NCBI GenBank assembly: GCA_964036045.1
Contig: OZ038379.1
Location: 65,472,001 to 65,536,000 of the forward strand
Direction of reading: 5' to 3'
Origin: Eutreptiella sp. 'Long Island Sound 2002'
Taxonomy: Eukaryota > Protista > Euglenida
DNA: 64,000 nucleotides
The notes beneath the pieces are model-generated. The model was given only the letters and a program-made list of their open reading frames with translations. It searched no databases and was not told where the DNA came from. Made by a program: the position numbers and the translations under genes. Position 1 is the first letter of the stretch, and each line of letters begins with the position of its first letter. Shown piece after piece: positions 37,401 through 48,177 of this stretch.

Positions 37401-37599
37401 GGGGGGGAGGGCGACTCCGGGTGCTTACGACACCGACGATCCCCCCCCCCCCCGTATGGGCCTCCGGACAACAGTTAGTTGCCAACGGGGCTGCCCTTGG
37501 GAGTCTATGGGCGCCAAAGGCGTGTCACGCTCCATGGGCACCAAAACTGCCCGAAGGAAAATTTTGTCCACTTTGCACCCCACCACTATTTGGAAACAC

Positions 37600-37756
37600 A
37601 ACCTTGATGCTAACACCCACCCAAACCCTGAACGTAGTCCCAACCCTACCCCTATCACTAGCCCTAGCCATAACCCAAACCCTAACCATAAAACTAACCC
37701 TAGTCCTAGCCCCAACACTAATCCTACCTCTAACCCTAGGCTAGGGTTAGAGTTAT
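37600..37756. repeat. Degenerate interstitial telomere-like (CCCTAA)n tract
   Basis: AACCCT/AGCCCT/AATCCT hexamer variants ending in CTAGGGTTAG; a similar tract lies at about 54920-55020. Confidence 0.6.
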
Positions 37757-38204
37757 CACCAAGCTAGTGGAACCAGTCTTGGTTTTTTAACCCTCTTTAG
37801 TGTCTAGGGTGGACCTAACAAGTTGGGCAAGCAAGCAGCAAGCAGCAAACAGCAAGCTAACACAAATTGGGGGGAAATCACAGCTGCGTCGTGGTGCTTT
37901 GGATTCGCTCAAAATTTTGGTGGATGCTACATATGGGTGTGAGGGACACCCACACAAAGTATGAGCCGGAAACTCAAGGTTCGCGGCTGGGAACAGGCGT
38001 CGCAAGTGCCGGACTTCCATTTCCAATACCCGGAATTTAGGGACGAAATCACCCCTTTTTTGCCCTAAACCGCCCTAGAACGTGCTAAAAACGGCCAAAT
38101 GATGGGAAGTTGTGGCTACTTTACACATGCTGCTAGAGTTCCCCGTGCCGAGGGGCCCTCCAAGGCCCTCTAACTCCACAATATGTCCGGGACCCGCCCC
38201 CCAA

Positions 38205-39560
38205 AGCCCCAGAATTTGTGCACCTTCAAACCCTATCTTGGAGTACGTGGCTCAAAACGCGATTTCAAGTGCACCTAATCCACCCGCAACCGCCCACTTT
38301 TGGTGGTTTCCACCCCTCCAAATTGCCCTAACCTACGCCTAGGCCCCCGTACCTAGGCGCGGTGGGCGACGGCAAGCTGCACGATGTAGCCCAACGAGGT
38401 GGGTGCCAAAACGGGTCAACAAGGTCCACCGGGTGCAAAAAATGACTTTTTTCAAAAATGAACCTGGACCACATGCAATGCGAAAACAAGTGTTTTTGGC
38501 GCGTTTTGACCTCGTGATGACCCTTTTTGCCCCCTCTAAAATCCCAAAATGCCTTGAAAGTGGGCTGTTTTGGGACAAAAAATAGGTAATAGATGGGTCA
38601 AAGATGTTTTTTTCCATAAATGATTGTAGACCGTTCGGGGTGTCCAAACCAGTGTAATGAGCCCATTTTTTAGCCCATTGCAAGCCATTTTGGCCCCTTC
38701 AAAGTCACAAAAAGCCCCCAAAATGAGCTATCTTGGGATGAAAAAGCCCCAAAATGGTGCACATTGGCCGCCGAAAGCCCCAAACCAAAACGAGACCATA
38801 TCTTGGGCTACGTCGCTCAAAGCGTGATTTCAAGCGCATCTAATCCACACGCAACTACCCGCTTTTGGTAGTTTCCACCCCTCAAAATTGCCCTAACCGA
38901 CGCCTAGACCCCCGTACCTAGGCCAAGTGGGCTGTGGCAAGCTGCAAGAGGTAGCCTAAAGAGGTGGGTACCAAAGTGGGTCCACCGGGTGCCAAAAAAA
39001 AGATTTTTTTGAAAAGGGATCTTGGAGCACATGGAATGCCAAAACAAGTGTTTTTGGCGTGCGCTGACCTCATGGTGGCCCTCTTTGGCCCTCCTAAAAT
39101 CCCTAAATGTCTTGATAATGGGCTGTTTTGGGACGCAAAATAGGGCAAAAATGGGAGAAAAATGTGTTTTTTCAAAAATGATTGTAGACCATCTCGAGTG
39201 CCTAAACAAGTGAAATGAGCCCATTTTGAGCCCTTTGCAAGCCACTTTGGCCCCTCCAAAGTCGCAAACTGCCTTGGCCTAGGCCTAGGCTGTTTTTGGG
39301 ACCAAAATTAGTGTGTTTTTCCATAGATGCTTTTTGATTGTTTTGGTTGCACTCACAGGTACAATGGTCCCATCTTGGAAGCATGTTGAGCAACTTTTGG
39401 CCCGTCTCAAGGCCCAAAAAGGCCTGAAAATGGGCCAATTTAGGACCACAAATAGCTCAAATAACGGGTCAAAACCATGGTTTCTCAAAAATGATCCTAG
39501 TCCAGTTGTGCTGCCCAAACGGATGAAAATAGCTCATTTTGAGCTTCTTTTGTGCCGCTC
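38205..39560 (+). repeat. Tandem duplication of an about 560-bp unit (two full units plus a diverged partial third)
   Basis: 38205-38770 collinear with 38770-39270; 39290-39560 repeats the AAAAATGAT..TAG..C..AAAT.G..CATTTTGAGC part. Confidence 0.85.
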
Positions 39561-41929
39561 CCATCCACGTTCCTGTGCGTACCTTGTTTGTCGTTGAACT
39601 CTCCTAGACCATGTTCCTTCCCCCACCAGCTCGGTCCCAACATTCAATCTTGGTTGTTGGGGTGAAAAATGGGGATCAAAGATATGGCAAAAGCAACCAT
39701 GAACGAAATTTCGGGGGATCTTGCTCAATGTAATCAACATTACCGGCACGGCTAAACCAGTGCGCCGCACAGGATAAGGTGAGGTTTACGGTGATGGTAA
39801 GGTTAGAGGGAGGGCAAGGGGAGGTAAGGGGGGCATGTGATGGACCAACACTTTGCCTTGGGGGCATATACCCCCCCAATAACCCCACCTTGAGCACCCA
39901 CCCCCAACCAAGCCTCCCGGACTACCCCCCCCGTGCGGCAAACGCCCCCCTAGACCGCACCCGTGCCCCCCCGAAAGGGGGCATCCGGCAAACTATTAAA
40001 TGGGGGGGCTAGTTGGCGTTGCGAACTCAGGAGGCGCCCCCCTCGAGGGTGCGGGTAATCTTGAAGGCCCTCTTTGTCACCGGTGCCTGCAACCGGCAAA
40101 TCTGCGGCACATGGTCCGCAGGTGCGACGTCGTCGCAACCTTATTCGGCTGTCTCCCGCATGGCCCTCTTGGTTCGCAATCAAGGGTGCCCAATATTGTC
40201 TCTGGGGGTTCCAATGCGTTGAATGCCCCCATACAACGCACATCGTGTGGATGCATCGGCCCCTTGAGCAACGGGGCCCGCTGCCCAAAGATCGTTCCGC
40301 CCTGTCCGTGGATGCGAATCTCGGCCCGTTGCGGGGGCCGTTGCGGGTGCCGTTGCGGGGCAGGTGGAGCACGGTTCCGCGGGGCTCATCAGCATATCAT
40401 TGTTGGGCATCTGGCCCAGTCGCCGAGGCGTGGTGTCCATGTAGCACAACTCTTGGGCGCCTAGTCCCGGCGTAAGTGACCATTGTCCGCTCCGCGATCG
40501 GGGGCTACCTCCCGCCCGTTGCCCTGGCCACTGACGAATGCGCCCCTTTGCCGCGGACAACGTCAGAGATTTTCAGGGGCGCGGCCCCCATTCAGATACG
40601 TGGCTACACCTAGCTGTGCTCCAGCTTTGTGACCGGGCTGGTGTTGAACGTGGAGTTGGAGGGTGTCATAGGGTTGGGGTCCAAAGGGCAAAAATGACAA
40701 AAAACGGTTCAACTGGGCTCAGTGGGATAGGCACTGTCACCATGGGTGCGGTTGGCCATACATTGAACGCACCATGGAGGGGAGTATAGCATGAGTGCAA
40801 GTAGCATATTGTGTACAATTTAGATGAGAGGTACCACCTAGTCATGCTTAGGCCAACCACTGCCAAGGACACGCCGTTGCCCGATAGGCTGTGGGAGACC
40901 ACTGCGGGGTGGTGGGGGGCGTTATGCTCCATTAGGCCACAAGACCTCATCGTGTGCCGCTGAACGCCATCATACTAGGCGGAGGAGCAAGCCACAAAGC
41001 GGCCTGGTAGTGCATAAAGGCGGGGGCGGCCGTGTGTTGACAACGTGGGCGACCATATAATTGCTTAGGTGGAGCACATGGCCATTATTTGCGGCGAGGT
41101 TGTAGGGGATTGAGAGGACACGACATATTGTACATGGTGTGTATCCATGCCATTTCTAACTCTAGTGCATCTAGCCCCCATGTCTTGGCAAGGCATGTGG
41201 TTTTGGTTGGTGGTGCTTCAGATGTTAGTCATAACGGTGTTGCTGGTGCCCGCTTCCTAAGTGGGCTTTGGACTAGGTTGGTGACCCGTGGGTGGTATCT
41301 CTATGCCCTCCACCTAAGGAGGCACCATGAGTACAGCGGGGGGCGGGTGGCGTGGGAGGGTTGCAAGCTAGTTGCTTGCTGTCACTGCCGTGGTTCGTGT
41401 GTGGTGCGTGGGCCAGGACATGCGGGGGTACGCCACCTAATATGATGGTTTTTCCTTCGAAACTGATTCAAGCGTTTTGGGCACTGGGCACTCATGGTGC
41501 ATGCCCTTGTGGTGTCCCTAGTAAGGGAGTAGCCACCCCCAAACCAAGGAAATTGAATCTAGGAGCACCCTTGGTACCTGTATGAAAAGGAGTTCTGTTC
41601 ATCATGCTTTGTTTTATGACAAATGAACGTATTTTGCTCTTGCCAGGGTACCCATGGGCCAGTTTTGTTCCCAACCTGGGGCGCTTGGGGAGCATCCTCT
41701 AGGTGAGGTTTTTCTTGTGGATCGGGGGTTTTTTGTAAAACTTGCCATTTTTGCTAGTTTATGCAAGATATGAAAACATCCTCTCCTGTGCATGATTTGA
41801 TTCATAATGCGATTCCTAATTCACAACTCGGTTTATGGACGCGTTGTTTGTTATATGAACATGTTTTATGAACGCATTTTATGAGCAGATGCACAGGCGC
41901 ACACAACTTGCACAAATTTCAATTTGTTC

Positions 41930-44900
41930 TGTCCACTTGACTGTTTTCTCTTGCTCTTTGTCCTTGCTTGTTGTTGCTGCCCTACACCTCAGGGCTCGGG
42001 CCTATCCGGTCCTCCCAAAGGGGGGCTGTGGCCTAGGTTTTCCCCCCATCCGGGGCCTGGGCATGGGTTTGGGCAAGGGGTTGGGCTGGCGGTTGGGCCG
42101 ACGGTTCGCGATGGGCCATACACCTCCATGGGGGCCGCCTAAGGGGCGGCTTTGAGTTGGGGCAGGGGGGCATCCTTAGCCTAAGTGTTGGGGTCACGCT
42201 TTGCGGGCTTGGGGGCCAGCTCGGCCGGCGGGTTAGCGTCCGGTTAGGGGTTGGGCTTCTTTTTTGCCGGCTTGGCGGCTTTCTTCGCTATAGCAACAGC
42301 TTTTTGCTGCTCCCAACGGCTCACCGCTGCAGCATGAGAGGCATACATCATGCCTCTCGACCCGAAACATCTGCTTTTCCCCTCGGTGTTCCAACCACAC
42401 TCTCCCCCCCCCCCCAACAAAGGTCATAGGCCCCGGCTGGACACCAGTGGTGTAGGGCACAAAAACTTGTGTGCCAAGCAGGGGGTCAAGTGGCCCATCC
42501 CCCTCTAAAAAGGGGGGTTTCTCACTCCGCTTTTGCTGCTGCTGTTGCTGCTATTTCTCCTTCACCCCCTTCCCCTCTCCACAAGGTAGTGCGTTGTCCG
42601 ACGACAACGAGCTGCCCGATTGGAAGGTTTTGCGCTTGCCACGGGGCCCTTTTTCGGTTTGGAGGGTTTCCAGGGAGGTGGGGGGGCACGGCGGGGTGGT
42701 TTGGTGTTGTCGGCGTTGGGGGGGGGGGGGGCTTGCTGGTAAGGGGCTACGGGGATTGGGGTGGGGGGTCAACCCATAACTGGACACCAAGATCTCCTCA
42801 TGAGCACGCCCCTGCCAGCCCAACTCATCTGGGCCTGCCCCACATGACGTAGTCGCTGCCCCAGTGTCCGTTAGGCGCCGGGACCGTTCCGACTCGCGCA
42901 ACCCGGCCAAAATAGAGCACCCCTGCTGCGGGTGGAGGAGGAGGAGCTCGTACAGGGCGGAGAGGGCCATGGTGTACTCACCGTAATGCAGCTGGTAGCG
43001 GATGCGAACACATGCGGCGTGTACGGGGTTCACCTCCAGGTCTTGGATATGTGATTGTACCGTTCATAAAATGCGTTCATTAAAGGCGTTCATAAATCAC
43101 GTTCACGGTTCTTAAACGGGTAGTGCGGTGTCGTTGAATTATGAATGGTGAATTATCAACTCATTATGAACGCATTATGAGCGCAAACACCTTGAAATCC
43201 GGCTCTTGTCCAACCGTGCCCATGGCGCACACGGCAGCCCGCAAATGCGCGACTGCACTTGGACGGGGGCCCTGGGGGGTGCTTGTAGGGGCCGTGGTGC
43301 TGCTTGTGGCCGAGGCTGCCCGGCCAAGGGGCTTGATGGGGCGGGTGATGGTGCGGCCTTGAGCACCCTCTCGTATGAAGCCTCTTTCCCAGGGTCCTAT
43401 AGCCCCCCCAAAAAGGATTCGCACTATGGAATACACTCCCATTTGTGCCCCGAGCAGTGTAGCTTCACCCCCCCTTTTCCCTCCCAGTGGAGGAAGCACA
43501 ATTACCAATAGGACCCCGGCATCCAAGCACCGCGCGGGCTGTAACAACTTTACTTTGTGTCAAGTCCCTCGCACCTATTGGTTCGGGGATGGGGGATAGG
43601 GGTTTTTCCGGCACGGAGCTTCCATGTCCTTGCCCCCCAATGTGTACCCCCCCCTGCACCCTTGTTCCGGATCCGGTGGCGCGAAACTTAGGCCACGCAA
43701 ACTACCCACCTGTTAGGACCCCGTTATGTGCGCTTCCTTACATATTGGCTGTGTTATTTTTGTACGTGTCTTTTTGTGCTGGGGCCGCTACGTCAACAAA
43801 TGGTGCATAAAGGATATGTGTTTTTTGCCTGTTCTGTGCGTGCACAACTGCAATTCCACCTTTCATGTCTCTATGTGCCATTATACCTAGTTGTGGCCGA
43901 AATTTCTTTCAGCCCTCCGTTGATGGGAAGAACGATATGCACATTCCAAGCATTTTATCAAGCTAGACCAAATTTAGTCCACCCCTTCCCCTCCTCCTAA
44001 AATCTATCTCCAAAATGACATTAATTGGTTCTGGACAAAATTTAGGCCCCCCATTGCTATTGCATTGTTCCCACTTGCATTACCCCCACTTGCATTGCTC
44101 CCTTGTGCTTAGGGAATTTAGGAAAGCAATCGTATTGGAATATTTTGCTGTAGGCTTCACACCCCCTGTTGTGTTACCTTTGTTGGGCTTCATGGGATGT
44201 TGTTGTGACTGTTGCTGTAGATGTTTGTGCCTCATGCCTTCATAATGATTGACTTTCATAAATTGGTTGTGTCATTCGCTGTTATTGGTCAAAGGTGGAC
44301 TGAATTTCGTCCAGCTTTCGGATTTCGTGCTTTAATTGTATTATTTGCTGTTATGGTCCAAGCTGGACTAACTTTCTTCCTTGCCCGCCTTTGTCATGAA
44401 TTTGCCAGTCTGCAACACTGTTGCATGGCTGTTGCACATATGTTAGCTATCAATGATTTAGATTTTGTGCGGCCGGCAATATTTTGTTGAGTCTGTAGTA
44501 TAGCGTCTCAAATTTCACTTCAATAGTGCCCCTATGCTTAATTTGCTGTTTCCAAACTGTGTCTGCAACCGCTAATTCTAAAAGACCCAATTCTTCGCCC
44601 ACGGACCACGCCAATGATGAGCCACCTACAAAGCCCAGTGCCAACGGCACTCCCGTGTAGTCCAGCCCTCATCCCACAGCAAGACCCGTGGCCAACACGG
44701 CAATGAATGCCTTTGCGGTCCATTTCACCCCCTCCCAACAGAGTCAGGCTCCAATGTGTATGCTGCCCCGAGGTGGATTCTTAACAGACACCTCAGGCCA
44801 ATGCAGGGAAGGGTGGACCTAAGGGTGTCTAGAAGAGGCCTATTGGTTTGCGCAAGAAGCGCTAGATTGTATGTTCCTTTTTTTTTTTGGCTTGTGTGAC

Positions 44901-46336
44901 GTATATATTAAATTTGTAAAACCCGCTTCTTCGTCTAGCGCCGTCTATGCAAGTGTTGTTGCTATTTTGATACCTCTTTTTTTTATGTTTAAGTTGAGCT
45001 GGACTAAATTTCGTCCAAGTTCGTCTGTTTTGAAGAGCACACAGTGCATTTTCAAGGATGTGCCATGTTTGGCAGAAATTTCGTTTGGGCGCCTCTACAT
45101 TGGCAAATAGAGACCTCATTTAGGATGACCAGTTTTCGGTGACTGTCGGTTGACAGTTGTTTTGCACTTGCACATTGTTTGATGGAATGTCAAAGGTGTG
45201 CCATGCTGTTTGTTGTCATACAGTGCAGTGCTGCATGATCAATATATGTGGGACACTCGAAATGGCCATGTATTAACAAAATTGGGTTTCCAGTGCGGCC
45301 TCTCTCAATACGCATGTATGGTTGTCACGTGGCACTCCCTTGTATGTGTTTGCATGACAATACTATTTTTGAAAATATAAAACACTCCATTTGCCCTCAC
45401 AATGTGCAAGGGGTTATGCTGGTGAAAAATGTACACCCCATTTTTGGGTGTAGCCCCCTTGGGCCAGCATGGCACCTCGTAGTCCAAGCGGAGGGAGGGG
45501 GGGGGGGTAGTTTGCGTGGCCTAAGCAACCGACGGCGAAACGCCCAGCGCAGGGTGATATACGCCAATGTCGGGCTACGAAAAAACGGGGGCATCGGGGG
45601 AGTACCCGTTGTCCAGCGATGCGTGCACTCTGCGGAGCGTTAAGACATTGTGCTAGTTGGCGTGGCTCAGGCCCCATGCATGGCCGGCCTCCGCCCTCAA
45701 CCACGGGTCACAACCAAAAAAGTCCCGCCCCATGTGTCCTCCGCTGCCATCTCCTCCATCTTGGCCTTCAACTCCTCGATCTCCTCCTCGTGTTCCTCCT
45801 ATTTCACCCCCCCCGCTCTGTCCTTCTTCCTCTTCTTGTGCTCCGTCTTCTTCTCCTTCTTCCTCTTCTTCTCCTCCTTCTTCTTCTACTACCTGCTCCT
45901 CATCCTCTCCTCGGTTGAGAGTGCGACGACTCGCTTCTCGCGGAGTTGCCGGCGGTCGGGGATGCAGGGTGAGCGGCGGGGGGTGGCTCAGAGGAATGGG
46001 CTTGAATCGGGGATTGAGGGGGAGTAGGAGCTTGAGGTGGTGGTGGGGGTTGAGCTTAAGCTTGAGCTTGAGGTGGAGCTTGGGCTGTCAGCCGCTACTC
46101 CTATGGACGTAGCAGAAGCAGTTTTTCATAAATTGTTCATAAAACCGGTTCGTAATTCATCCGTTCATAAATGGGTCCACAAAATGACGGCAGTTTCGGT
46201 TTTCTGAACGCCGAATTGTGAACGCAATATGAACACGAACAATGGCAAACAACATGCTACCACGGCGAAGGTCGCCTACGGATTCTCTTGCCTTCTGATT
46301 CTCTTGCACGAACTTTCTAAGTTCGGCGGTGTCCAT
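41930..46336 (-). pseudogene. Multi-exon ORF2 of the transposon, unknown function
   Basis: Starts MDTAELRKFVQE (46336); Q/P- and E-rich exon 46100-45690; VEVNP..RIRY.L...ALSALY.LLLL exon 43050-42790; GT-AG intron 42525-42327; K/A/P-rich last exon. Synonymous differences between copies. Confidence 0.65.
43691..45521. mobile_element. Nested 1.83-kb TIR element with TA target duplication
   Basis: Perfect 17-bp TIR GGCCACGCAAACTACCC (43691-43707) / GGGTAGTTTGCGTGGCC (45505-45521), TA on both sides; host sequence on either side is contiguous in copy D (about 63600-63630). No intact transposase seen. Confidence 0.85.
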
Positions 46337-48177
46337 GGACGGACGAAGAGTGATAAAGCTCAGGGGGCGCAACTGGCGCTTGGGTGGAGGGTGGTTGTGG
46401 GCTGGCGCTTGGAATGGAAGCGGCGGTGCACGCCGCGCTGTGTGGGGTCTTATAGTGCCACACCGGGAGGTCAAATGTTAGAAACCACCATTCCCGCACC
46501 TGTTGGACAACGCTTGCGCCGTGTTCCACTGCACTCTTCGCCGTCCCTCCACCCCTAGAACTATGCCTATGGTACCCCTTCTTCAAAATCTAATTGGTGC
46601 TGTGCACAGCATCCTCTGACTTCTTAGACAATCCCACCCCGCATGCATCCACACTCTCAAGCATTGTATCACAATCCTCTTCGAGGAACAACAAATAGTG
46701 CGACCCTGACTCCGCGCAGCAATGTTCTGGAAGCGCAGCAGCAGACACAAAGGGCGTGGCACAACCGGAACTGGCGAGTACAAAGTGCGTAGCAATCTTC
46801 GGAGACCCACAACCGCTTGCCAAGTGGAGTACTCCTTGGCGTAGCAAGCAGGGGCGCAATCTGTTCCGAGGCAGAGAACGAGTTGTGGGCCTCCTCTTTG
46901 TCCGGTGCGTTGGGCGCCTCCAACCACACACCACATCGGTTCCGGTACACAATTTGGTGTACCTCCTTTGCAACTCCGATGCAAAATCCACAAAAATACG
47001 CAGTTTTTGGCTATGACCAGCGGCAACCGGGAGGTGCATCCTGCCGCATCCAACCTTCAGCCAGTCACCCCATACCCATGATGATTGGTGCTGTTGGATT
47101 GTGTTGTCCTCCGCGCGGCAATGCCATTCCAATTCTTGGCCGTAGGGGCCGCAAGGCACGATTGAAAATACTCCCCACTCGGGGCGCCACGCTGATGTCC
47201 AGCCGCCGCCGCAGACACGGTTGGTGCCCCCTAAGGAGGACTCCTACTGGCACCTAGCTGTCACACGAGTAAAGTTTTTTGCAGTCAATAATGGTTTGCA
47301 TGACCTATGTTCACAAAAGGTGTTCATAATTTGTCCTCATAAAACTGGTTCACCGTTTGTAAATCGGCAGCGCGGCTTTTTATGAATTGTTTTTCGATTC
47401 ATGACCGGGCGAATTACGAAGAACATATGAACACGGAAATGCACACTACAAATCTACACCACCGGAAGCCCAAGTTTGGCCCAAGGCAACCATATCCTTG
47501 TCCCCTGTAACGGCCATGCCGACGACCCATAGGAAGGCGGAGGTTCTCGCCTTTGCCCCAGCGTTCAATAGACCAATCGATAGCTGCGGCCAACTCCAAC
47601 CGGCGCACAGGCGCCATCACCCCACACTACAAAGGTCAAGGGGCGTGCCTAGTCAATGGACTGGCACAGGGCTGGCCGGGATTGCACTCATTGTGCCCAC
47701 GACTGTAAGGGCCAATAGCGACCCGACGGCGGGGGATCGGCACATTCCACCTTGGGGGAACATCGCAAGCGGGGCGCTCGATGATTTCAACGTGGTGTCA
47801 ACTTGGTCCTCAATGGGGATCGGCTATGGAAAGGGCAGGCCGGTGCGAGCGGTGTAGGCAGTGCCCCGGCGGGTGATGTACTGAGGCGACACACGGAAGC
47901 TGGACAGGGGTGCACACAACTCCAAAAGCTGCCCTAGCAGATCGGCTGCGGGAAAGAGAGCCTCCACATACGTACCGATGGCGTGCACCTTGCTTTTTGG
48001 GAGCGCTAGGAGGGGAGTGTGGACCAATGTGTCCCAAAAACGGGCCCGGATGAGGGGGGACAATGACATTCATTGGGCCGGCAGGTCGGAGTAGTTGCTG
48101 TCCTGCAGAACAGTGGCACCACTCAGCCAAACAAGCAACATGTACATCTCCGTGAAGACGGACTAAGGGTAGGATAT
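46317..48177 (-). pseudogene. RAG1/Transib-like DDE transposase, copy C
   Basis: LTFVVWGDG, VLLRGHQPCL, GCTSRLPLVI...FLWILH, GSHYLLF, GLSKKSEDAVHSTN; start codon mutated to ATA, stops and frameshifts; intron about 47445-47306. Confidence 0.75.

Noticed and set aside
37600-37756. True telomere or telomere-addition site
   Set aside because: Highly degenerate, short and internal.
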